In this document: piece by piece, positions 41,376 to 54,200 of the stretch
How the letters are laid out: every line of letters starts with the position of its first letter
How positions within the stretch are numbered: the stretch's first letter is position 1
NCBI GenBank assembly: GCA_964016885.1
Contig: OZ024741.1
Location: 381,052,001 to 381,116,000 of the forward strand
Direction of reading: 5' to 3'
DNA from: Eledone cirrhosa
Taxonomy: Eukaryota
DNA: 64,000 bases
Program-made: the position numbers and the translations under genes
The notes under the pieces: generated by a model
Told to the model about the DNA's origin: nothing
The model's input: only the letters and a program-made list of their open reading frames with translations
Databases searched by the model: none

Positions 41376-43750
41376 TGAAGCGAAACGGAATTAACAAGTT
41401 TTGTTAGAGGTGAAATAACCCGACAAAATAAATGGTTTCGTTTAAATATAAAATTTACTTCACTTCAGTTAATAAAGGAACAAAGCAAAGAATTGGATTA
41501 GTACAAATCATAAAGGTTGAAGATGTTTTTGTTGTTATTTTGTTATGCTGAAATAAAGAGTGGTAAGAGATAGTTTATTAGTCGTTGCAGCAAGTTTAGT
41601 ATTCTTCACCCAGTGACAAGACTAGGTGACGTTTTCTTTTGGTGATAGAAAATTCTCTCTGTCCCCTGATTTCAGGACAGCCTATTTATATTGACCTCTC
41701 ACATTCTCCTCCTTCCTTGGCGTCGTAAAACCTAGCTTCCGGATACTTCATGTATTTTTCTCTAGGTGTGGTGAAAGGTCGATTTTTATTGGCCAAGTCA
41801 GTGAGAGGAACCACGGGAACGTTTCTTTCGCTACATTAGTTTCCTGCCCAGATCGAAACGGGAGTAGCGATCGATAATCAAAAAGTTATCGAAAGAGAAA
41901 GAGATAAAGAAAACAAAAATAAAAACTGAAAAAATAAATAACGTAGAGATAGATAAATATTTAAATGAAAATGAACCAATTATAGAGGAGATGAGGAATG
42001 TTACTTGACATATTAGGCATAGCGAGATGTCAGGGTGCCTGCGAAGAATAGCGTTGTATCTACCGGACTGCACTGGGTTTAAAAAGATTGGGCTGACGGA
42101 GGGTGCCTTAGTGCTGATACTGCGAACATTGAAGCCCTTGGTGGAATCAATCAGTCTGTTCCGTTTAACGTCCCCCAGGAGACCGAAACGGTGTAAGAAA
42201 TCCGCTCCTAGGATCGGAGTCTGCAACTTGGCGATGACAAAACCCACTGGATAACTCGGTGGAGCCCAAGATCAAGGGTTAAGGACTTTTCTCCACATGT
42301 GGGTATGATTCACCGCCTTGCGAAGGACTGCTGTGGGTATCCTACTGTCTGGCACAAGAGATGATGGTATAATGCTAACCTCCGCTCTGGTGTCCAAACG
42401 AACACCGGTTGATCGGTCGCTAATATAGAATAAGCGGCTAGGTATGGAAGAGCTCGGTGTAGTTGCCGCCTTTACTGGCTTGCCACGTCGTTTCCCGGAA
42501 CATAACTGGAGTTCCTCCTAAAAGAACAGGGCAATAGGCATTTATAGCCCCTTTCACCAAATTTACGGTGGTAATAGCATATGGGCTCGGTCGCCCGGGT
42601 ACGACTGGCATCTCCCGGGGGCTATGGAAAGCGCATCGAGATGAGCTGGAGTTGCTGCGTGGCTGTAGCTGCAGTTTAGCCATAAGAGCGTTCTGTTTTG
42701 CGTCCTGTTTTTCCACCCGACCCTCGAGCGCCGTCAACTCCGAAACAAAAGACAAGGAAGGAGAAGAAGAAACCGGGGAAGAAAAAGAGCTTACTAGTGG
42801 ATGTGTGTGTGTCTCCTGGGTCACAAGTAACAATGGTGTTGCTACCTCCATGATTCTATAGGTGGATTCCGCCAGCTCCTCGATTGGGGTAGATACTTCA
42901 CTGGTTGCGAAAATACTGCGAGTGGCTGGCGGCAGCCGTTGTAAGAAATGTTGTTTTAAAATGGCCCGCTCCATGGTGTTCTCTTCCAAGAGTTGCTTTA
43001 ACCGCCTTAGGAACTGTGACGGTCTCTTGTCGCCTAACTCATCTGAATAAAGCAGCTGATTAATCCGTTACTGCTGCGAGACGGATGTCCGCTTTACAAG
43101 CTCGGACCTAAATGTGGCATAAGAATATGAGCTTGGTGCTTCTGTAAGCAAATTTCGGATCTACTGCAAGCTCCCAGGAGGAAGCGCCCCGACAACATGA
43201 GAAATGTTGGTCCTGTCTGCCGAAATATGGTGCGTTTCAAATTTGGCCTCGATGTATCTGAGCCAAATAGTAGGATCATGAGGCAAGAATGTCGGTATCC
43301 GCAGGGATATTGCTGTTTGTAAGGAGGATGATGTTGGTGATTGTTCCATATTGGAACGAAGCTGGGTAATTATCGATTAATCAGAAAGCTGCGTGTTCGA
43401 ATCACGTTGGGATATAACCAATTGAAGTGAAACAAAGTTAACAAATGTTGCTAAAGTGAAAATAGCACAAAATAAATGGTTTCGTGTAAATATGAAATTT
43501 ACTTCACTTCAGTGAATAAAGGAACAAAGAATTGGATTAGTACAAATCATAAAAGTTGAAGATGTTTTTGTTGTTATTTTGTTATGCTGAAATAAAGAGT
43601 GGCAAGAAATAGTTTGTTAGTCGTTGCAGCAAGTTAGTAGTCCTCACCCACTGACAAGAATAGGTGACGTTTTCTTTTGGTGATGGAAAATTTTCTCTGT
43701 CCCCTGATTTCAGGACAGCCTCCCACTATCTCCTCCTCCCTTGGCGTCGA
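41376..43750 (-). mobile_element. Ty3/gypsy LTR retrotransposon, internally deleted (gag + protease remnants, no RT/IN)
   Basis: Direct LTRs 41376-41835 (TG...CA on the minus strand) and 43423-~43750; gag LRIPTFLPHDPTIWLRYIEAKF and LKQHFLQRLP; protease LDTRAEVSIIP and PILGADFLHRFGL; PBS next to the 5' LTR. Confidence 0.88.
43380..43420 (-). other. Primer-binding site complementary to the 3' half of tRNA-Trp
   Basis: Plus strand atcagaaagctgcgtgttcgaatcacgttgggatataacca resembles the metazoan tRNA-Trp(CCA) 3' half ATCAGAAGGYTGCGTGTTCGAATCACGTCGGGGTCACCA (recalled, not searched). Confidence 0.75.
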
Positions 43751-44044
43751 ATGTTTTGATTAGGATCATTCGTTGGCCAGAGATGAATTGTTAGCTAGCC
43801 CTATTTGACCCAATTGTCTACTATTTCTTCCAAAACATCAGACTACCAAGGAATATAAAAAATACAAATTTAAATATTCAACTTTGAAAATATATTCTCA
43901 GCTAGGAATGTCATATTGCAAAGTAAATATGATTTACAATGATACAACTCTTAATATAGACAGTGCAACTAGACATTAATATTGAAAGGTAACATTATCT
44001 GAGTGTTATTATCTCCACCTAAAAAAAACAACAGCTATAATAAT

Positions 44045-44690
44045 AATAATAATAATGATTTCTTTATTGGCAACAGGGGCTGACATCAAGAAAAACATTA
44101 CAGTCGACACAGGACGGTACATGACGGTACGATGTGGGTTTTGTGCGTGTAAAGATTTTTATTATTTATATAAGAAAAGAAAAAGACATAGAAACATATA
44201 TAATAATAATAATAATAATGCTTTCTTTATTAACCACAAGGGTTTACACAAAATAGACATTAAGGACTGTACAGGACAATACAGGACGGTACAAATGGGC
44301 ATTTCTGCGTGTAAAAAAAACAAAAAAAAAACAGAGGATGTAATAATAGAGCAATGAAACATTTCCCAATAGGGGGGAGACTTCCGAGGGCCATCGTGGA
44401 GAAAGCCCATTAAGAAAAGCAACGATGACCCTGACCACCAGGGTAATTGTCCTCTCCCAGTTTTCCACCTTCAATTTACAGGCATATTAATAATAATTAT
44501 AATAATAATAATAATGATTTCTTTATTGGCGACAAGGGCTGACATCAAGAAAAACATTACAGACGGCACATGACGGTACAGGACGGTACGATGTGGGTTA
44601 TGTGCGTGTAAAGATTTTTATTATTTATATAAGAAAAGAAAAAGAAAAAGACAGAAACATATATAATAATAATAATAATAAAGAAGAAAA
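44045..44690 (-). mobile_element. Stack of short Tx1-like LINE 3'-end fragments in (AAT)n
   Basis: aataatgatttctttattgg..caagggctgacat at ~44050 and ~44510; 44205-44485 closely matches the 3' end of the LINE at 51265-51545. Confidence 0.75.
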
Positions 44691-45877
44691 CATATTTGAA
44701 ATGAACTTACTACTGTAATACTACTAGATGTGGAACATATGTCAAATTGATTGCTAACATATGTGGAAATATATTGCAACATAATATATGTTGAGGCTTG
44801 TATTGATTCTCGGATTGACAACTACGATCATTTCTCCACCATCTTTCTGCACAAGATTCTCTACATAAGAAAAAAAACGTAAATTTTTTAACATATAAAT
44901 CTGTGGAATAATTCCTGTAATTTGAAAATATAGAAAGCAGAATTTAGGTCTGACTGAGAGGATAAATAATTGGTAATTATTTAATCGTATTAATGTTTTA
45001 GACACAGGAATGTAGCTTAGTTCATTAGGTTGGGAAGAAAAGAGATAGGTGAAATTCAATACTTGATAAACAAAAGGAACCAATGAAGAAGCGATGTAAT
45101 CAATATTCCAGACAAGCTGACAAACAAGTTCTACTTAAAGTGAGTACTTGAGCTCTTTTGACAAGTCTTTCATATGTAGAAACTTTCTTTGGCTAACATG
45201 AGCTATAGTGATATAATTCTGTATGAAAATAATAAATATAAGTTATATAAGGTGTACAAACCACACCGGGAATGCGCATAGGCAATATCTGTTGTCTGGC
45301 TCCTAAATGGCTAGAAGTCATTCAGAGAAATTTAGCACAAGTAAGAACAATGAAGCTTTCATTGTGAATTGAAGAAAGATTTTATACTATATATGTCAGA
45401 AGTGACACACAGCATAGCAGTCCAAGACAAGGTTATATCTTGAGATGGTAGCATTCTTTCAACAGGCAACTATATTGCTTTTATAATTTTGTCTATTTTT
45501 AATTATATTCCTGCTCATATATATCTGCATAGACATGAGAAATTGGCAAGTCAGATAACTTTTCTGTCATTATTAAGTTTTCTCAATTTACCTTCTTTGT
45601 ATTGTTCTCCTCCTTGCACCATTGTTTAACTTCCTCCAAAGATTTCTTTTCTACGTGTGAAATAGATTTTCCTTTATGAACTCAAAACATTTGTCAACTT
45701 TTGAGAATTTTTCTCTATATTCTTAAAAACAATATTGTATGTAATGTATTCCAGTCATATGGTGTAAAACGTAAAAAGCAATTATATTTTTCCTACAAAT
45801 TGACACTCATAGAACAACAACAACAATAATAATTGTTTCTACTTTAGGCACAAGGCCACCAACTACCCAGTGCATTA

Positions 45878-45918
<41 letters not shown>

Positions 45919-45919
<1 letters not shown>

Positions 45920-46980
45920 TGACTATCTACAACATGTTCCACAATAGGAGTGATGTCGATAGACTCTACTTAAGGAGATCTGAGGGTGGAAGAGGTCTTA
46001 TCAGCATAGAGGACTGTGTTCAAATGGAGAAAAACAACCTACACAAACACGTGACTGATAGTAAGGAGCCAATGCTCAGAATTGTACTGAAGGAGAGGAC
46101 AATAGACCAGGGGATGTCCAAGGAGGAAATAACAACAAGGACAAAGAGCAGCCTTCATTAAAAATCCCTTCATAGTACCTTCTTTGAGAAAACTGAATTA
46201 AGAGATCCACAGACATGGAACTGGTTGAAAAGAGGAGACCTTAAAAAGGCTACAGAAGGAATGTTAATGGCTGCGCAAGAGCAGGCCCTCAAAACGAAGT
46301 GGTTGAAACACCATATTTACAAGGAGGAGGCTGCCCACTGTGCAGGATCTGTGGAGAGTGAGAAAAGACTGTGGCTCACATTGTATCCGAGTGTAAACAC
46401 CTAGCCCAGACTCACTATAAAGGCTGGATACATGATGTGATGGGCAGGGTGATCCACTGCACCTATGGAAAGTAAACAATTTACCACATTCTGAGAAGTG
46501 ATAGAGCATAAGCCAGAGTCGGTGATAGAAAACGATCAGGTGAAGGTGCTGTGGGATTTTAGGATACAGACGGACAAGAAACTGGAACACAATAGACCTG
46601 ACCTGGTGGTTTTGGACAAAGAAAAAAGATCGTGCCTGATTGTGGATGTGGCCTGCCCATTCGACACGAGAGTGCAAGAGAAGGAGAGGGAGAAAATTAA
46701 CCGATACCAGGACTTAAAGTGGGAGGTAAAAAGGATTTGGAACTGCCATGAAGTCAAAGTGGTCCCGATTGTCATAGGCGCACTAGGTACTATCTCAAAA
46801 AGTTTCCGAGGATGGTTAAAGAAAATTGGCCCCGCCACGCTTTTTGGAACGCTTCAAAAGGCATGCTTGCTGGGAACAGCAAGAACCCTCCGATACGTCT
46901 TGAATATCTGAGGCTGCAGGTAGTGGCTTGATATTCATTTCAACAAACTTTCAATGTCTGAGACTCAAAGAATAATAATA
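45919..46980 (+). mobile_element. 5'-truncated R4/Dong-type RLE LINE
   Basis: DVDRLYLRRSEGGRGL; CRICG..TVAHIVSEC knuckle; RLE KVLWDFRIQTDKKLEHNRPDLVVLDK..DVACPFD..EKINRYQDL; (AAT)n on both sides. Confidence 0.9.
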
Positions 46981-47520
46981 ATTCACATCTCAATCTTGTG
47001 GAACTTTAGCATCCAAACAGACCGAAAAATAGATGCAAATAGACCTGATATGATACTGAAGGACTTCAAAAAGAGGGTATGCCTGCTAATTGATATGTCC
47101 GTTCCAATAGACAAGAACGTATCTATAAGAACATTTTAAAAATTTAGCGAGTATAAGGACCTGGAAATAGAAATTGGAAAAATGTGAAAATTGAGAACTA
47201 AAACAATACCAGTGGTTGTAGGCGCTCTAGGAATGATACATAAGGGGTCTAATGATTACTTATCGCAAATACAAAGGAAATGCGCGTATAGGAGAAATAC
47301 AAAAGATAGTACTAATGGGAACTGCCCTTATATTAAGGAAGATTCTGTTAATACAAGTACATCACAATTCTAAACACCTAAAGATGCATGTGTGTGTATG
47401 TATGTTCTTTCTTGAACATGGCGGACCTTGTTGTCTCTTGAGGTCACTGGTTGTGACTTGGTGATAACTCGTATGAACATAAAGCAAGATAAATGCAACT
47501 GTAATAATAATAATAATAAT
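46981..47520 (+). mobile_element. 3' fragment of a second R4/Dong-type subfamily
   Basis: ILWNFSIQTDRKIDANRPDMIL...IDMSVP, TIPVVVGALG, IQKIVLMGTA; ends in (AAT)n. Confidence 0.8.
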
Positions 47521-50500
47521 GATGGTGCCACGCTAATATCACCGGGGGTGATGAAATCACCGGTGGTTATGTAACCATACATTCACCAATCCTCGATATG
47601 AGTCTTTAAATGTCTAACCTAAACAGTTCGAATAACGGTGAAGTGGAGACTGGAAGGTTATGTGACAGACTGTCACTCAGCAAGTGCTCCCTGGCCCAGC
47701 AGCAGGGACCTGGCTGTAATCCAAATACTGCTGGTGTCGGAGGAGGAAGAAGAAGAAGGAAAGGGACAAGAACCAACTGGACGAAAGAATTGAATAGAAC
47801 TCTTATGCAATGTTACCTGAAGAGTAACCCCAAGGAAAAAGGCTATAGGAAATGGATGCATAACATCTGGAACGAGATTGGTCTATTTCAAGTAGATGAA
47901 CAAAAATTTGCCGGGCAGGCCCGGGTAATATAAGCTATTTGGGTGGATAAGCGAGTTGGAACTGGAAGAACTGAGAGATTAGGTTGGAAATGGAGAGTGT
48001 AGTATGCCAGGCAAACGAGCCAGTGGGAAATGAAGGTGAAGAGGTTGAGAGACCGGAGGAACCATCCGAAGCAGACAATGATCTGAATGCTGACATTAAT
48101 AACATCTGGAACAGAGATGCGGCCATTGAGGAAATGAATGCCGACGGGCTAGGACAAGATTTGGTTGATATCCTGAACTTAGTGGTAGATTAAATGAACA
48201 ATGATAGTGGGAAACCTATGAACCTAAGATTTGTAGACAGGAAGAAGTAAAAAGAAACAACAGCTAAGGTAAACAGAGACATCCCATACCTTGAGGTGAG
48301 GAACCTTCACTAGTGCAACAATATCCTCAAAGCAACAGCAAATGCGGTGAGGAAATTACTTGGCATAAAAACGAGAAGAATCAACAAACAAGAAAGATCA
48401 GAACCTTGGTGGAAGAAACGACTAAATGGTCAAATCAGGGAAAAAAGAAATGACATTGGAAAGCTTGAGTCCCTACTGAATGGGATACTACAAAACATAG
48501 ACACTAAAAATAGATTGGAAATAAAGTACAAAACTAGGAGGAAAAAAGTTAACTATTATCATAGAGGAACTGAAGCAACGCATTGTAGCAAAGAGTGCAA
48601 AGATTAGACGGCATGAGAGCAGAGTCAGTCAGTATAGAGAGAACCGCATGTTTGACAACAACCAGAAGACGTTGTTTGGGCAGCTTGATGGGAAAGAAGG
48701 AGGCAACGACTTGATCCCTGAGGCGGAACAAACTAAGACATTCTGGAGAGGAATGTGGGAGCAGGATGTTGAACATAAGGATCAGGCAGTGTGGATTGAG
48801 ACAGTACAAAAGGAGATTAGTGAACAGGCACACCAACAAACTGATTTGAGTATCACAGTTGAAACTCTTAATGGGCAGGCCAAAAAACTAACCAGCTGGA
48901 AATCACCAGGCCCAGATGGTGTGCAGGGGTATTGGATTAAAAATATAACATCTCTCTACCCGAAAGTGATAACCATATACAATGACTGCTTGATGTCTGG
49001 TGAGGTACCAGAGTTGTTGACAAAAGGTACCACAGTCCTGGTAATGAAAGACCTAATCAAGGTTAATGATGTTACCAATTATAGACATATTACATGTCTA
49101 CCCGAAATGTGGAAACTGTTAACAAGCATTGTGTCTGAGGAAATCTACTATCACCTCCACATAAACAACTTGTTACCGGACGAACAGAAAGGATGCCGAA
49201 AGAAGTCACGTGGTACAAAGGACCAGTTACTTATTGATAAGGTGGTAATGAGGAATTGCAGGAGGAGACACACTGGTTTTGCCATGAGATGGATAGACTA
49301 CAAAAAGGCATTCGACATGGTACCTCATTCTTGGATAGCCAAAAGCCTAGAGATCTTCAAGGTGGCAGATAACATCAGACAGTTGTTGAGCAAAAGTATG
49401 AAGTCCTGAGAAACAGAATTAACATCGGGTGGAGAATTGTTGGGAGGCGTGAAGATCAAGAGAAGTATCTTCCAGGGAGATAGTCTGTCCCCTCTGTCGT
49501 TTGTCCTTGCCCTGATACCCCTGACCATTATACTGCGAAAAGTGAGAGCAGGATAGAAGTTGAGAAAAGGAGAGCTTACCATCAACCATCTCCTCTTCAT
49601 GGACGATCTTAAACTCTTTGGGAAGAGTGAGAAGGAGTTGGATGTACTTGTTGAAACTGTTCGTATTTTCAGCAATCATATATGTATGTAATTTGGTATT
49701 AATAAGTGTGGAGTCCTAGTGATGAGGAGGGGTAAATTGAGCAGAAGCAAAGGAATCAAGGTACCAACAGGTGAGATGATAAAGGAAATTGACACCGAAG
49801 AAGGATACAAATATTTAGCTGTTCTGGAGGCAGATGACATCAAGAACAAAAGAATTATGGAATTGATAAGATCTGAGTACATTAGGAGAGTAAGGAGCGT
49901 ATTAAAATCACGTCTAAATAGTAGGAATGTCATAAGTGCAGTGAATACCCGAGCTGTGTCTATTATTAGGTACAGTGCGGGAATTCTGAGATGGAATGTT
50001 GCTGAACAAAAAGAAATGGATAGGAAGACTAGGAAGATTTTGACTATGTACCACATGTTCCACAAGAGGAGTGATGTCGACAGACTCAACTTAAAGAGAT
50101 ATGAAGGGGGAAGTGGTCTTATCAGCATAGAGGACTGTGTTCAGATGGAGAAAAATAACCTGCACAAATATGTGACTGACAGTAGGGAGCCAATGCTCAA
50201 AATTGTACTGAAGGAGAAGACAATAGACCAGGGGATGTCCAAGGAGGAAATAACAACAAGGAGGAAGAGCAACCTTCATGAAAAATCCCTTCATAGTACC
50301 TTTTTAAGAAAACTGAATTTAGAGATCCATAGACATGGAACTGGTTAAAAAGAGGAGACCTTAAAAAGGCTACAGAAGGAATGCTAATGGCTGCGCGAGA
50401 GCACGCACTCAAAACGAAGAGGGTGAAACACCATATTTACAAGGAGGAGGCTAGCGCACTGTGTAGGATCTGTGGAGAGTGAGAAAAGACTGTGGCTCAC

Positions 50501-51120
50501 ATTGTATCCGAGTGTAAACACCTAGCCCAGACTCACTATAAAGGCTGGAGACATGATGTGATGGGCACGGTGATCCACTGGCACCTATGCAAAGTAAACA
50601 ATTTACCACATTCTGAGAAGTGGTAGAGCATAAGCCAGAGTCGGTGATAGAAAACGATTAGCTGAAGGTGCTATGGGATTTTAAGATACAGACGGACAAG
50701 AAACTGGAACACAATAGGCCTGACCAGGTATTTTTGGACAAGGAAAAAATATCATGCCTGATTGTAGATGTAACCTGCCCATTTGACTCGAGAGTGCAAG
50801 AAAAGGAGAGGGAGAAAATTAACCGATACCAGGACTTAAAGTGGGAGGTAAAAAGATTTGGAACTGCCATGAATTCAGAGTCGTTCCGATAGTCATAGGC
50901 GCACTAGGTACTATCTCATAGAGTTTTCGAGGATGGTTAAAGAAAATTAGTCCAGCCCCGCTTTTTGGAACACTTCAAAAGGCATGTATGCTTGGAACAG
51001 CAAGAACCCTCCGAAATGTCCTGAATATCTGAGGCTGCAGGTAGCGGTTTGCTATTCATTAAAACAAACTTTCCAGTTAACTAACATCAATGACTGAGAC
51101 TCAAAGAATAATAATAATAA
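47521..51120 (+). mobile_element. Near full-length but decayed R4/Dong-type non-LTR retrotransposon
   Basis: N-terminal WTKELNRTLMQCY; RT WKSPGPDGVQGYW, EQKGCR, WIDYKKAFDMVPH, IFQGDSLSP, HLLFMDDLKL; CCHC knuckle; RLE domain; tail gagactcaaag(aat)n; several stops and frameshifts. Confidence 0.92.
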
Positions 51121-51225
51121 TTGTTTCTACTTTTAGGCACAAGGCCAGCAATTACCCAGTGCATTACTGGCACTTTATTTTATCGACCCCGTAAGGATGA
51201 AAGGCAAAGTCAACCTCGGGGGAAA
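51121..51225 (-). mobile_element. SINE 3' half between the Dong and Tx1 elements
   Basis: ctttattttatcgaccccgtaaggatgaaaggcaaagtcaacctcgg. Confidence 0.8.
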
Positions 51226-51264
51226 GAATAATAATAATAATGATAATAATAATAATAAAAAATG

Positions 51265-54200
51265 ATAATAATAATGCTTTCTTTATTAACCACAAGGGTT
51301 TACACAAAGTAGACATTAAGGACAGTACAGGACAATACTGGACGGTACAAAAGGGCATTTCTGTGTGTAAAAAACCCCAAAAAACAGAGGATGTAATAAT
51401 AGAACGATGAAAAAATTCTCCAATAGGGGGGGGGGGGGAGATATCCGAGGGACATTCGTGGAGAAAGCCCATTAAAAAGCCACAGTGACCCTGACCAACA
51501 GGGCAAGTGCCCTCTACCAGTTTTCCACCTTTAATTTACAGACACATACTCAGAGTAGGCCCATTCACTCGGGCCATTCTTGCCTCTCTCACCCATCTTT
51601 CAACAAAATGCTGGGAAGGGAGCACCTCCCTCTTTACCCTGATTTTCCTTTTCAAATGAAATTTGAAAAAGTTAATCAGGGCATCACCAAAGAGGTAAGT
51701 GCTCGTCTTCAGCCCTTTCAAACGTGTCCACCATACTATCTCTTTCACCATAGCCACCAAAGAGATAAAAACTGCCTGCCCTTCCTGGCTAAAGGAAGAG
51801 GGCGGGGCAATCCTCACGATGAACTTAGCTGATAGCTGGATCCGTCCTACACGCTACAGCAGGTGTTCAACATAAACCTACAAGGCAGCAATGCTCGGAC
51901 ACTGGACAAGTGCGTGCAGGACGGTTTCGTCGCCCTGTGCGCATTTTGGACATACCCGGCTGACGGCACCTCCATGCCTGTAGAGTTTATCCCGAACTGG
52001 CAAAGCTCCTCGGTAGCACTGCCAGGCCAGGTATTTCTGGAATTTGTTCATAGGCCCCGGCCCGAAAGTTCTTCCGAAGTGATTGGCGAGTTGATTTTCG
52101 TCGACGCCTAGAGTTTCTCGAAGTACGTCGTCGCTCTTCCCCTCCACTAATCCTCTATAGAACGCCTAGGTGGAGTTTCCACCGATCACATTGCCCGATT
52201 GGTCGAGGGCTGTGAGCGCCTGAAAACATTCCACTCTCCAAGCGCTCCCTCTCGGTCTTCGCTTGACCCAGGACTGCAGCTCCGTCAAGGAGACGAGCTG
52301 GGGAAAGACGCGTCTAGCAAACGGCGAGCACACCTGATCACCGTCGAGGAAGAGGTGGAGATGTCGTAGCCTGAGCGCGTGTCTGCGCATCATCAGCCAA
52401 GGCATGTCCACCCCTCCACGTAGCGAGTGTTGACAGCAGATAGACAGCCTGACCATCGGAGCGAGTCCCTTCCACAAAAAGCGAAAGAGCAAACGCTCCA
52501 GCGCAGTCAGGCGGGGCTTAGGACAAGGTACGACGGTCAGGCGGTAGTAGATGACGGACGCGATGTACGCGTTCGCCACCTCCGCTCGACCATTCAGAGA
52601 TAGCTTCCCTTCCGCCCATTTCTGGGTGAGAGAAGCCACCCTGCTCGTCACCTCGTCCCAGTTTTTGGCCGTCTGGAGGTCCGGACCGAACCAGACCCCT
52701 AGCAATTTCACCGATCCGTCAGTCCAGCGTCCGTCGACGCTGTTGGACGGCATGGACCTGCCTCTCCAGGTGCCGAGCTGCAGGTCCACTGACTTTTCCT
52801 GGTTGATCATTGCTCCTGTCACCGCTTCGTATTCTATTAGTGTAGTGCCGATATGCTGACACGGATCTTCCGCATCCTAGTTCGCGCGGGACCCCCCTGA
52901 ACGTCTCCAGTTTGTGCAGTAATGGCTCGAGAGTTAATACGTACAAGAGGGACGAGAGGGGACATCTTTGGCGGACCGAGCGCATGATGTTGAACGGTTC
53001 CGAAAGGTGACCGTTCACTCTCACCACAGAGCAGATGTCGCTGTGCATGGCAGCGATCCAGCCTCTGAAGACGGGCCCAAAGCCAGCCGCCCTCAGGACT
53101 GCCGCTAAGTAACGATGGTCGACCCTATCGAAAGCTTTCGACTGATCTAAATTGATCAAGGACCGACCCGTGCCATGTTCCCAAGCTACCCTCTCTACGA
53201 TGTATCGCATGAGGTGGAGGTTGTCGTGGATGGATCTGTCGGAATTGGCGCATGTCTGCGACTCTCCCACCAGACCACCAACGACTAGCGCCAACCTCTT
53301 TGCTCGCACCTTGGCCAAAATCTTGAACTTTGTGTTTAGCAGATTTATGGGCCTGAAATTATCTATGTTATCCCCCTTGTTCGGATCCTTGCTCAGCAGC
53401 GCCACAGCTCCTCGGCTCACAGAGCTGGCAATTCTCCCATTCTATTACCAGTTGCAGTAGACGTCCGCCAGTTGCAGTAGGTCTCCGAACAAGTCTGGAA
53501 TCTGTACGTAAAGTTCATAGGGCAGACCATTCAAACCAGGCGATTTACCCCTTGTGCAGCCAGTCATTGCCTCACATACTTCAGTGGCTGTTATCGGCTT
53601 TTCGCAACACTCCGCCTCAGTGGCCGAGAGCCGCGACAGTCCGTCGAGGTAGACACTAAAGTCCATCCCTCGATCCGGCCCGCCGCTGCCCCCGAACAGC
53701 TGTGCGAAGTGTTGCTGAAAAGCTTCAAACATTTGCCCGGGATTGAGTAGCATGCGCCCGTCGTAGTCCACCAAAGACCGGATCGTGGCTTTATTGCCAC
53801 GACGTGCCTCCGCCACTAGGGCCCATTGAACGGCTTTCGTCCCCTCGTGTCTGGGAGCACGCACCCTAGCTCTGACAACGCAGCCTTAGTGCTTTGCATT
53901 GAAGAACTGGTCATGGGCCAATTTCGCCGCAAGTACGTCGGTTGCGATGCCTTTGCTAAGCGCCTCGTCTAATTTTCTAACTAGTTCTCCCTCTGCTCTA
54001 TTTTTCTCTATTGCTAAAGCCTTACTAAACCTAATGGACTCTATTCTAATCGCTCTTTTCAGAGCAAACCACCACTTGTTGTTGACGATAGCCCCCGTCA
54101 ACGCCCGCTTAACTAGTTCGCTAATCCTGTCTCTGTAGGCCTTGCGCGCTGGTAAGGACGCGTTTAGCTTCCAGTAGCCGGGTCCTCGTCTCTGAAGCCT

